Assembly: GCA_001600815.1 (NCBI GenBank)
Contig: BCKZ01000009.1
Coordinates: forward strand, 398,194-462,193
DNA from: Alloascoidea hylecoeti
Taxonomy: Eukaryota
Direction: 5' to 3'
DNA: 64,000 nucleotides
Below, piece after piece: positions 49,001 to 59,093 of the stretch. The notes under the pieces are model-generated. The model made no database searches. It saw only the letters and a list, made by a program, of their open reading frames with translations, and was not told where the DNA came from. Numbering within the stretch: position 1 is the first letter of the stretch; every line of letters begins with the position of its first letter. Position numbers and translations under genes: made by a program.

Positions 49001-50287
49001 CCTCTGTTATGAATTCATTATAAAGAATCAAAGTTATGTTAAATTACAATACCTAACTTCTTTGTGATTAATTAACATAACATCCCTAGAATTAGAGCTC
49101 AATTACAACTCTACCTGACCTTAAGGAAAGTAAAAAAATAGAAAGTATTGACTAGAATATATCAGAATCGGATCATCCAAACAATACTTGCAACACCTTC
49201 AAGACTTGCTTCAAGGAAATCACACCCTTAAATAAAGGGTATTTACTGTTGAATTAATTTATATGTCATGTAATCAATGCCCTTGTTTAATAGCGATTAT
49301 TTGTGACAACATTAATTTGGATCTCTGTTGTGAAAATCACATTATATATGGTTAAGTGATTATAGGGTTAACATATCCTTGTATCTTATAATCAGGCTAT
49401 AAGTTTCTTATCATAGATTTAATAATTTCTTACATTTATTCGTATGCTTTGAATATTTCTTGTGAAAGGTTTGAATATATGGTATACAGGGGTTGTAAAA
49501 TAACAACAATTTTATTAATAAGTTTCATATAAGCCATAATTATATATGAAATCTGGAGTTGTGTATTGAAATTTGAATAGATATAGAACCTTACATACAC
49601 TACTTACGAAGTCTTCCATGCATTTTGTTCGCGAGTGTATGACAATATTAACCACCAATTATAAACAACAATTAAACACACGTTTTAAAAATAAAAAATT
49701 TGCTCCTCCAGACTAATTGTGATAAGGGAATGTATAACTTATAGTACTGATAAGCTATTTAAACATCGATTTCTGCTTGCAATATATAAGATTGGTATAT
49801 TAGCTAATCTTATAAGCTTATATTCTTACACTTAAGAATAAATTGATATAAAGACATAAAACTTGTCATTATACCTATCTTCTAGAGGCTTGGCTAAAAT
49901 ATCACAAAAATATATTGTCTGTTTCTATTACTAATATATTTCTAAATATTATAAGGTCAATTTGGGAAAGGAATAAGATGTACTTCCGCGCATTTTCCCC
50001 TTTGGTACTAATAGCGGGGGATATTTTCCGGGGTACATATAAAACATTGAAAGAAACTAGTAATCCTTAACTGTCACTATTATATAGTCTGAACTAAAAG
50101 GGAAATACGGATTTTCACCGTTTTTTTACTTTTCAGCAATGACATTAATACTTTTTCATGAGGGGAACATTTCGGGAGAACTGAAGACTACCAAACTATT
50201 TAAAGAGATATTTATCCCTAATATAACCTATAACTTAAATATCAAAGTCTTTTCTTAATTCAAATACTATTTGAAATCTCAACAAAT

Positions 50288-51241
50288 ATGGGGGCAATTG
50301 TTCAAACTCAAAATACATTTCATCATAAAGATGGCGCTGCCCTTGAACAAGTTGATGAAGATGTTCTTGCTGTTAACCAACTTAAGGGTAAATTAAAGAA
50401 TGACAAAAATCAAGAAGAAACGGCTTGGGATGCTGACTCTAGTTTTGATAAGTCTAAAGATAAAACTCAATTTCGTCAATATGAAGATGCCTGTGACAGA
50501 GTCAAAAACTTCTACAAGGAACAACACACGAAACAGACAGTAGCTTACAACCTAAAAGCCAGACTCAATTTCAAAACACAAACGAGAGCTAGAATGTCTG
50601 TATGGGAGGCCATGCTTAAGCTAAATGAGTTAATAGATGAATCTGATCCCGATAATGAACTTCCACAAATTGAGCATGCTCTACAAACTGCAGAAGCTAT
50701 CAGAAGGGATGGTAAACCAAAATGGTTTCAGCTAACAGGTTTCATCCATGACCTTGGTAAACTACTATACTTCTTTGACGCTGAAGGACAATGGGATGTC
50801 GTTGGAGATACATTTGTTGTCGGTTGTGAATATTCTGATAAAATTGTTTACGGTAAAGACTCTTTTGTGGAAAATGAGGATTACAATCACTCCATATACA
50901 GTACTAAGTATGGCATCTACTCTCCTGGTTGTGGGCTCGAAAATATTATGATCTCCTGGGGCCATGATGAATATTTATACCATATTTGCAAAGATCAATC
51001 CACTCTTCCACCTGAAGCTTTAGCTATGATTAGATTTCATTCGTTTTACCCATGGCATAGAGAAGGCGCATATAGACATTTTATGAATGACAGTGATAAA
51101 AAGCTGTTATATGCTACTCAAGCTTTTAACCCATATGACTTGTATTCCAAATCAGATGGATTGGTGGATAAAATTGAGTTAGTTAACTATTATAAAAACC
51201 TTATCAATGAATATTTTCCAATTGAGGTTATCAACTGGTGA
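50288..51241 (+). CDS. MIOX: Myo-inositol oxygenase
   Basis: FRQYE, FYKEQHTKQT, IDESDPD, HALQTAEAIR, IHDLGK, QWDVVGDTF, SWGHDEY, IRFHSFYPWH and FNPYDLYSK. Confidence 0.96.
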   Translation: MGAIVQTQNTFHHKDGAALEQVDEDVLAVNQLKGKLKNDKNQEETAWDADSSFDKSKDKTQFRQYEDACDRVKNFYKEQHTKQTVAYNLKARLNFKTQTRARMSVWEAMLKLNELIDESDPDNELPQIEHALQTAEAIRRDGKPKWFQLTGFIHDLGKLLYFFDAEGQWDVVGDTFVVGCEYSDKIVYGKDSFVENEDYNHSIYSTKYGIYSPGCGLENIMISWGHDEYLYHICKDQSTLPPEALAMIRFHSFYPWHREGAYRHFMNDSDKKLLYATQAFNPYDLYSKSDGLVDKIELVNYYKNLINEYFPIEVINW

Positions 51242-51530
51242 TTTGATGAAGTTTAAACTATATAGGGTGATGTTGTTTTTTATATTAATTAGTTTTATTA
51301 TTTTATGTGGATTTCAACTCAAAATTATCAAAGGTAGAAGGAGATTAAGAATATTATATATAATAAGTATATACTATAGCTATATCTAATAGTACTAGCG
51401 TAGGCTGCGATTGCATAAAGAGCTGAACTTCTTATAGTTATACTGTACTATCCTACAAATAAAGATTTATTATATTACTAAAATATTATGGATCTGCCAA
51501 ACTATTCCTTTTTATGAAAAGAAAAAAAAT

Positions 51531-51848
51531 ATTCGCCCACATTTCAAATTATTAATTAGGCCAGAAGATATAATAATACTCGACCAGTCATCTCATTACA
51601 TTTCACCCACCTTGCATTAACAATTCCGTTACCTTTATGTCCAACAAAACCGGTGTTTCAAAACCTTGAATGGTATTAAAAGAAAATTACATCTCTTATG
51701 AAGAGTTGAAGACCTTTCTAGGTTTTGGAAGACCGGTATTGTTTTATTGGACATAAAGGTGACCGAATATTTAGTGTCATTTGGCCGAAATTAAGTGAAA
51801 TGATTAATTTAAAAAATGGTCGAACATTAATGCATCATGTGGGCGAAT
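51531..51848. repeat. Imperfect ~320-bp foldback (nested inverted repeat) element
   Basis: Nested reverse-complement pairs: ATTCGCCCACAT (51531) / ATGTGGGCGAAT (ending 51848); TCGACCA / TGGTCGA; ACCTTTATGTCCAA (51631) / TTGGACATAAAGGT (ending 51760); CAAAACCT / AGGTTTTG. Confidence 0.8.
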
Positions 51849-52937
51849 GCATAATCCAAGAAAATTGAGTTTTTCAATAAGATAACTGAAGTATTTATTG
51901 GTTGAGATGTCTATAACTAAAATTTTTATAGTACGCATGTATATATATATATTAGATAGCTTTTAAATTTCCCTCCTGAAATTATTTATAAGTTATCTTT
52001 ACTGCAACGAAAGATAACTTTTGCGGAAAAATTGTCGAGCTCATATAAGTGAACGAATTTCTAATAATACTAAGAAAACTTGTAAGAGATAAAAAAGACA
52101 TATCAAGAAGAATAAAGAGGCCAAAGAGTAATTTGAAGTGAATAGGCGAGAGAATGTGTCGTGGAAATAGTGAGAACGATTCGATTCGCATACGCTTTTA
52201 AATTTATACATAAAGTGAGACAAACAATTTTTTTAAAGATATAGATATCAATATATAACAATTATCAGAGTATGTTATAAGCTTATACTTAAATTATAGC
52301 CTTTTTTTTTAACTTTTCATATATTTTCCAATTATATTTTTGGAGTGTTTCTCTATAAAAATTTAATCAACAACTGAATTAGAATTTCCAGAAATTAAAG
52401 AAACAATACTTTCTTCAATTCTTCTATAAGCCGTTTCTGCCATCTGTTTCTTTAGATCCTCCTTATCAACGTGAAATCAAATATATGAATGGGAGTAGTT
52501 TTTTTTTTAGCTTTTCATATATATATATATATTTTCCAATTAAATTAACTAGAAACTATGTAAACTCTGAGGAAATCTCTACTATATATAGTTAAATAAA
52601 AACCTCTCTTTCTATTCTTCTTATTTTTGTGTATTCTTGACACTCTTCTTTCTTCCCTTCTTATGTACCTAGACCACCTTTAAAGTAAATTTTTTATTTT
52701 TTTAGATAATATTTTACTTTTTCAAGTTTTTAGAGATTAGAATCCCCCAATCAATCTCATTTAAAATTTGTGGTGGTGTCCCTGCAAATCTAATATTTTT
52801 CCTTAGCTCTAGTGCCTTTTTGATAAAAGCCCCATATTTTTCTATATGGTTATCTTTTGGATTTATGATCAATAATTTTTATTCTCGAATTCAGACCTGG
52901 GGGAAATATAATGATACTTCCTCTGTAGAAACAAAGA

Positions 52938-53011
52938 GACTTCGTGGCCAAGCTGGTTAAGGCGTGCGACTGTTAATCGCAAGATCGAGAGTTCAATCCT
53001 CTCCGAGGTCG
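52938..53011 (+). tRNA. tRNA-Asn (GTT), intronless
   Basis: Acceptor stem GACTTCG/CGAGGTC, anticodon arm TGCGA-CTGTTAA-TCGCA, T arm GAGAG-TTCAATC-CTCTC, and a downstream T-run Pol III terminator. Confidence 0.96.
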
Positions 53012-53540
53012 TTTCTTTTTTGAATTTCTCTTCTTTCCTGCTGGTCCTTCTTGGTCCTATAACCAAAAAGTGATAGAACTAAAAGAAAAGGAAATTGAAG
53101 TGAAACTTTTTCTTGACTTTAATCATAAGGAAAGAAAAGATTTAATATTAAGAGCGGTAACCGTTTTTACCGTTTTTTTGGTTAGAAAATATCACAAGAT
53201 ATTATCACAGGAGAATAGTTTATCAGAATCACAATGGTGTAAAATGATTGAAAGGGACTCCACAAAGCTTTGTTCTGAATCACTTAGGTGCTACGGACAA
53301 AAAAAGAAAAAGAGGAAAGATATTACATCCTTTATTCGTATTGATTGAGTAAGAAGTTGGAAATGGTGGCAATAATACTATAAAATGTAACAACATTACT
53401 CAAAAAAGAGTGAATTTATAACATTAGTAATAGGTATTTTTGCCTAGCAATAGGTTTTTTTATTTTCACAATTTTTTGGTTGTTATAAATATAGTATTTA
53501 TAGAAAAAGCAGTTTAATATAGAGCCTTAATGGCCACTTG

Positions 53541-53566
53541 AAAAAAAAAAAAAAAAAAAAAAAAAA
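53541..53566 (+). repeat. A26 homopolymer
   Basis: 26 consecutive A residues. Confidence 0.95.
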
Positions 53567-54120
53567 TTGGCTTAGTGGTGGTTGAATCTCAAATCGAAAC
53601 CCATAACTAACGAGTAAACCGATGCGCTCTGCAAAGTGGTGCATATTGATTAGCAACCACTCTTAATCGTTCTTGCAACCTAGGTTCGATTCTGATGCGT
53701 GACAAAAAGATTTGGGAATTAGCACAGCCAAATAGACTATTAGACGTTTGTCATTTGGCTGGGAAGCCATCACTAGAGTGCTTATGGTGAAAACATCTGG
53801 AGGGTTTTAGTGGGTATTGCCCGGGGTCCTGGATTTATCCAGAAGCGTTGAGTATCCACACTTAATATTGAATTGTCAAGAGATAAGGAACTGTAGTACT
53901 TGTAATATTCATATGCTGACAAATCATGGAGTTTTGTGTATGCTCTCAGGTTGGCCACATCTTAGCTATATTGCTAACGCTTTGAACGTTGAATATACAC
54001 GCACACGTTCTTCGTCCAGAATATTTTTTAGATTTCATTCCATATTCTGTATGCTAATAGTCTGGTTCTGTATAAATTAAAAGAGGTTGAACCATTAGCA
54101 ATTTAGCATATACAGGTGCA

Positions 54121-54900
54121 TGGACAATCATTTCACTTAAAAGGCCAACAGAGGCACTAGTGTTCGGGCATTATGATAAATATTTATCGTCATGTTATGC
54201 AATAAGTATTTAGACACATAATGCACTAAATGCTCGCACATTTTAATCTGTATACTCGGCCAGTTGATACCCTAATGTTCGAATTCGGCCACCAATAAGG
54301 CCTTATAAGTTTCTACCTGAGTATCTTCAGATTAATAATAATTAAAAATCTAAAACACATACTCAATTGCTCTTTCTCTTATATATATATTAGATCTAGA
54401 TATCTATTTAAACTAGAGCTTCCCTTTCTTTAGAGATTTAGAAATGAATTCATCAAAGTGAGGGAGGTATAAACTCTATAATTATCATAATTTCGATAAG
54501 GGTATTGGTTTTCAGGAAATAATCACAACTAGGAGTTTAGTAAAAGATGTTTTTTATATTTTTTTCTTTACTTTTTTTACTTCTCTTCTGTTTATATATT
54601 ATAACTTATTTTCCATAGCAAGCAAAATGTAGAAGATCTCCTCTTGTAAAACCCAAACCACTGTACCTGTGATTTCTAAGATTCAACAACAACATCATTT
54701 TTAAGAGAAGTACAAGCTCAATACAAAATAGGACAAATAGTACCTACGGAGGACCGATTGCAGTGGTCATGACACTAATAACACACACGAAGCCAAATAT
54801 TAAGAGGCCGCTGAAAATTTGTATTCAGCATGGCCGAGCATTGGTGGATTATATGGGCGAAATTAAGTGAAATGACTGTATATTAATTATGTCCGGCCAA
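54121..54900. repeat. Degenerate foldback-family element with inverted ends
   Basis: TCATTTCACTTAA (54128-54140) is the reverse complement of TTAAGTGAAATGA (54863-54875), and there is a CTCGGCCA / TGGCCGAG pair. CGAAATTAAGTGAAATGA is shared with 51786-51803. Confidence 0.55.
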
Positions 54901-55108
54901 AACTTACTATTGGTTACATTTCAGAAAGATTTCATAAATAGAATACAAAAATAAGAACAAGTATTAAATATGTTTCATCATCTATTTATTGCATTATATA
55001 TAGCTATATGTATTATATTTTATCTCCTCTGGCTAAAGAAAGAAACAGAGGTATAGCGGAGAATTTTTTAACAAAGCGCATTATTGGATATTTATGATTG
55101 GTAATCGT

Positions 55109-56722
55109 TTAAAAATCAAAGTCACCAGCAATCCAGCTGTTAACCATTGCCAAAGCATTTTCTGGTTGATCAAAGGGAACCATATGACCAGCACCATAAA
55201 CTCTTAAAAATGTAAAGTAATCTGAGTTTTGAACAGTACCAGCTTGCTTACCATCAACAATCCATGGGAGTGTTTTAGCTTTTTCGAAGCCCTTGGAACC
55301 AGACCATGGTAAGACTTGTGTCCAAGCTTCATTTCCCAACCAATTACAGATAAAGTCCTTATCGCCAGCGTAAATGAGAACTGGGAGCTTAGCTTCCAAA
55401 AGATCGACAACGGCCTTAAAATAAGGTTGCATCCAATCACCAGCAAAAAGAAAGTTTCTATTAACATCAAAGTTACAGGATTCATAAGTATCAACTTCAG
55501 CGCCAACAGCGTCTTTAACATCTTTTCTATTGAGATATTGATCAATCCAGTCTAGTTGATCATAGCATAAACTATTACCACCACAAGTAGTTCTAATATC
55601 GTAAACATTACGACCAGTCTTCTGATAAGGACCAAGTTGAGCATTATTACAGTAAATTGAAGCAGGAACGCAACTCCAAACACTACCTGACTCATAACAC
55701 GATTCAATCAAACTAAGACATCTGGGCTGTGTTTCAAGCATAGCTTGGCATTCTGCATCGCTTAAGACCGCTGGTTCACCACCTTCTCCACAAGCCATTG
55801 GTTGATAGTACTTGTACTGAGTAAGAGGATCAGTAAGACCGTTACCAATAAGAACCGAAGTAAGATTGAAGTTTCTATTTTCATGGCTCAAGATCTCACT
55901 AGCAAAAACTGGGATGTAGTGGCCAGCATAGGATTCACCAGCAATATGAAAGTCAAGATCAGCATATTCTGGAAACTGTTTGAAGAATAAAGTCAAGAAA
56001 GCATATACATCTTTTCCGGCAGCAATAGTATTGGAAACAGAACCAGAAGAGTAAGAGTAACCAACATTTATTGGTTGGTCAAGGAAAACAACACTGGCAT
56101 TGTTGTTCCAAGAATAAGGATTAAATTCCGGATTAATTTTTGCAGTAATACTAGCAGGTCCCAATTCAAAGAAAAGACCAGTGAGGGAAGAGCAGCCTGG
56201 ACCACCATTTAACCACAAGATAACAGGATCCTTCTTGGGGTCATTACGTGATTCGAAGAACCAGTAAAAAAAATGTTTATCTTCATCTTCAATATCTAAA
56301 TAACCTGTATATTGTTTGACCTTATCGATTCCTAGGACGGCGGGGTCTGGTTTCTTAACTCTCAATGCATGTTTTGGGAGGTCGGCAGACTTGACATGAA
56401 AGTCCCAGGCACTTTTCTGGGTGGCGGGTTTTCCGCGGGAGAGTAAATTCAATTGGGAAAAAGCATTTGGGAACGTGAAGATTACATCTTCCCAGGCGGA
56501 CTTTATTTCCTCAGTGATTCCTTCTGTGGAGATTCCGAGAGCACTGCTTGCAGAGTGGAGGAAAGAGGTAACAAAGTTGTTATCAGACTTGCTAACTGAA
56601 GGGTGGCGTTCGGAGGCATCTTTACCGTTGTTTATAATAAATTGGTTAAGATCGAGAGCATTGGTAGCATGGACTGCACAGCAGGCAGCAACCGCTGCAG
56701 TCAGAGAGAAAGAGAGCTTCAT
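55109..56722 (-). CDS. PRC1: Vacuolar carboxypeptidase Y (S10) preproprotein
   Basis: Signal peptide and propeptide, [18 protein letters not shown] (catalytic Ser), [10 protein letters not shown] and [10 protein letters not shown]. Confidence 0.97.
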   Translation of the reverse strand: MKLSFSLTAAVAACCAVHATNALDLNQFIINNGKDASERHPSVSKSDNNFVTSFLHSASSALGISTEGITEEIKSAWEDVIFTFPNAFSQLNLLSRGKPATQKSAWDFHVKSADLPKHALRVKKPDPAVLGIDKVKQYTGYLDIEDEDKHFFYWFFESRNDPKKDPVILWLNGGPGCSSLTGLFFELGPASITAKINPEFNPYSWNNNASVVFLDQPINVGYSYSSGSVSNTIAAGKDVYAFLTLFFKQFPEYADLDFHIAGESYAGHYIPVFASEILSHENRNFNLTSVLIGNGLTDPLTQYKYYQPMACGEGGEPAVLSDAECQAMLETQPRCLSLIESCYESGSVWSCVPASIYCNNAQLGPYQKTGRNVYDIRTTCGGNSLCYDQLDWIDQYLNRKDVKDAVGAEVDTYESCNFDVNRNFLFAGDWMQPYFKAVVDLLEAKLPVLIYAGDKDFICNWLGNEAWTQVLPWSGSKGFEKAKTLPWIVDGKQAGTVQNSDYFTFLRVYGAGHMVPFDQPENALAMVNSWIAGDFDF

Positions 56723-56823
56723 GGGTAAATTTGGGGAAAAGGAAAAGAAAGAAGAGAAGAGTTATAAATGCCGTTTATCTGCCACCTGCAACCTGCCTGA
56801 TTGCCCAAAACAGATATGGAATC

Positions 56824-56861
56824 CACGTGATGATAATGGCCTGGAACATAGCACGTGATGA
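56824..56861. promoter_or_regulatory. Twin E-boxes (Cbf1-type TCACGTG) in the divergent PRC1/RPS28 promoter
   Basis: CACGTGATGA at 56824-56833 and again at 56852-56861. Confidence 0.65.
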
Positions 56862-56999
56862 CAGGGGTACGGATGTATTACTGTTCTTAGATATACGCAG
56901 AAGTGTGACGCTGATTTCCTATTCCAGGAGGTCTTCATATTGGTGATTTGGACATCTGGATTTTGGTTGCAATTATAAATATATCACACATAACACAAA

Positions 57000-57558
57000 A
57001 TGGTATGTTCTAAATATACAAACAACAATCACACGCTTCAGAGGTGTTGACCGAGATTTATGTTATATCAGCATTACGTACATGCTGTTTTTTTGATCTT
57101 CCCAACAAGACTTTTGCAAGAGAACCGTTGATTGAAATGATCATATTAATTAATATAAGTATCTGACATTTCACAAATAATACCCTTTTCCGATTCAGAA
57201 TTGGAGGATATCAAAATTAATCGACCTATTGTGATTTGAACATAATACTCAGCTCAATTATCAAAAACCGACTTTAGAATCATTTATACTTTATAACTCG
57301 GTAACACAGTGTGCATCAAAAGAGAAGGAAGAACACTAACATTTTTACCTCTAGGATGCCAAAGCTGCCCCAGTCAAACTCGCTAAAGTTATTAAGGTCT
57401 TAGGCCGTACCGGCTCTCGTGGTGGTGTCACCCAAGTTCGTGTTGAATTCTTAGACGACTCAAATAGAAGTATCATTAGAAATGTTAAGGGACCAGTCCG
57501 TGAGAATGATGTACTTTGCCTAATGGAATCTGAACGTGAAGCCAGAAGATTAAGATAA
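57000..57558 (+). CDS. RPS28: 40S ribosomal protein S28 (eS28), 2 exons, 68 aa; absent from the ORF track
   Basis: Exon 1 is the ATG alone (57000-57002), then a 352-nt GTATGT...CACTAAC...TAG intron, then exon 2 at 57355-57558. [23 protein letters not shown]...[25 protein letters not shown]. Confidence 0.96.
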
Positions 57559-57825
57559 GCAAATACAACAATGATACTAATAAATTTAAAATCTCATAAC
57601 TAAAACCTATGGTTTTGTGTATTTATGATTATAATTTGATACTGGCAACTTTTTGAAAACTTAAGCTTAAACAGCATTAAAATTTGTAGATTATTGTGTG
57701 GATCAATATACTGACAGTATATGACGCTACCAATATATTTAACTCCTATTGTAAATAAATCATTGTATCAAGAACTTATGGCAAGTTAGCGATCTCAAGC
57801 TTATAGACGTAGATATCTCGCTATA

Positions 57826-57841
57826 TAGGGCTAAACCCTAA
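57826..57841. promoter_or_regulatory. Tbf1-type palindromic ribosomal-protein promoter element upstream of RPL34
   Basis: TAGGGCTAAACCCTAA, about 125 bp upstream of the ATG. Confidence 0.7.
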
Positions 57842-57964
57842 TTTCCTAAAATTTTCAACCATTATGTATATTGGATACCAGACCACAATGTACTGCGAGC
57901 GTGGACTCAAGAGTTGAAAGCATAATTATAGAATCCATCAACACTCACAACAAGTATACTAAAA

Positions 57965-58722
57965 ATGGCACAAAGAGTTACTTATAGAAGGAGAAATCCA
58001 TGTATGTTTTGAAATGAAGTTATATTGAGATTGGTTTTCTTGGAGGAGGAACAGGTTTTTGAAAGATGAATCTCAATTGAATTTATCCGTAATTATACCA
58101 CAACCCAAACAACAGGAATGTATGCTAATGATCAATTGTAATGACCAAAGACCATTCTATATTTATTTTTATAATCAAATTCGAAAATATATTATCGAAG
58201 TTCCGACCACAAAAAGAAATTAGTATTGAAGAACTATCTCCTCCAAGATTACTAGCGTGATAAAGTAATAATTCACAACATGAATTAACAATAACTTTCT
58301 TATTAGATAATACCAAATCCAACAGAGTTAAGATCATCAAGACTCCAGGTGGTAACCTCCGATACTTACATGTCAAGAAGATTGGTACCAGAGTTAAGTG
58401 TGGTGACACCGGAGCTCCCCTTCCAGGTGTAAGTAAAATTTCAAAATCAGCTTCATAAAAGAAATATTTTAGTCTAACTAAATTTCAGATCTCTTCTTTG
58501 AGACCAAGACAATACGCCAATGTCTCTAAGACCCATAAAACCGTTCAAAGAGCTTATGGTGGTGCTTTATCTGCTTCAGCTGTTAAGGAAAGAATTGTCA
58601 GAGCCTTTTTGATTGAAGAACAAAAGATTGTTAAGAGAGTTCTTAAGGAACAAGCTGAAGATGCCAAGAAGAGCGAAAAGGGTTCAAATAAGAAGAAGGC
58701 TTCCAAGAAATCAAAGAAATAA
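57965..58722 (+). CDS. RPL34: 60S ribosomal protein L34 (eL34), 3 exons, 130 aa
   Basis: Exons 57965-58001, 58307-58428 and 58489-58722. [18 protein letters not shown]...KTPGG...LRPRQYA...[18 protein letters not shown]. Confidence 0.97.
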
Positions 58723-59093
58723 ATGTAAACTAATTGCAAATGAGCTGGTACATTTTGTTTGGATTGGTTAATATGTATTCTGTATTCAATATATAACATA
58801 CACTATCCAACTGCTTAGGTTTTTAATACATCAGTATATTGTAACTGTATTTTTTCTAGTATATTAATATTCATATAAATGAGTATCGTAGGTTTTATTT
58901 CTAGATAACTGATGAATCAACATTAGCGTGTAATATAGATGGAATTTGTAAAGATGTATTTACTGTCAGGTAAACAAATAATCACTCCTTTATTTTGCTG
59001 GTAGTAACACGCTTTTTCTACATTTAATAATATTAATGCTGTTTATTTAAGATTTCATGGAATCAACAAATTTTGTTCTCACTCTATAAAAAA

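Noticed and set aside
53760..54060. Coding-looking relic on the minus strand (KLHDLSAYEYYKYY...)
   Set aside because: It is too short and too interrupted to assign to any family.
19093..54900. CRISPR-like or other prokaryotic interpretation of the repeats
   Set aside because: The context is eukaryotic with spliceosomal introns, and the repeats are inverted or dispersed rather than regularly spaced direct repeats with unique spacers.
56855..56914. Possible C/D-box snoRNA (GTGATGA ... CTGA)
   Set aside because: The apparent C box is part of a repeated CACGTGATGA E-box in a short divergent promoter. I see no terminal stem and no recognisable rRNA-complementary guide.
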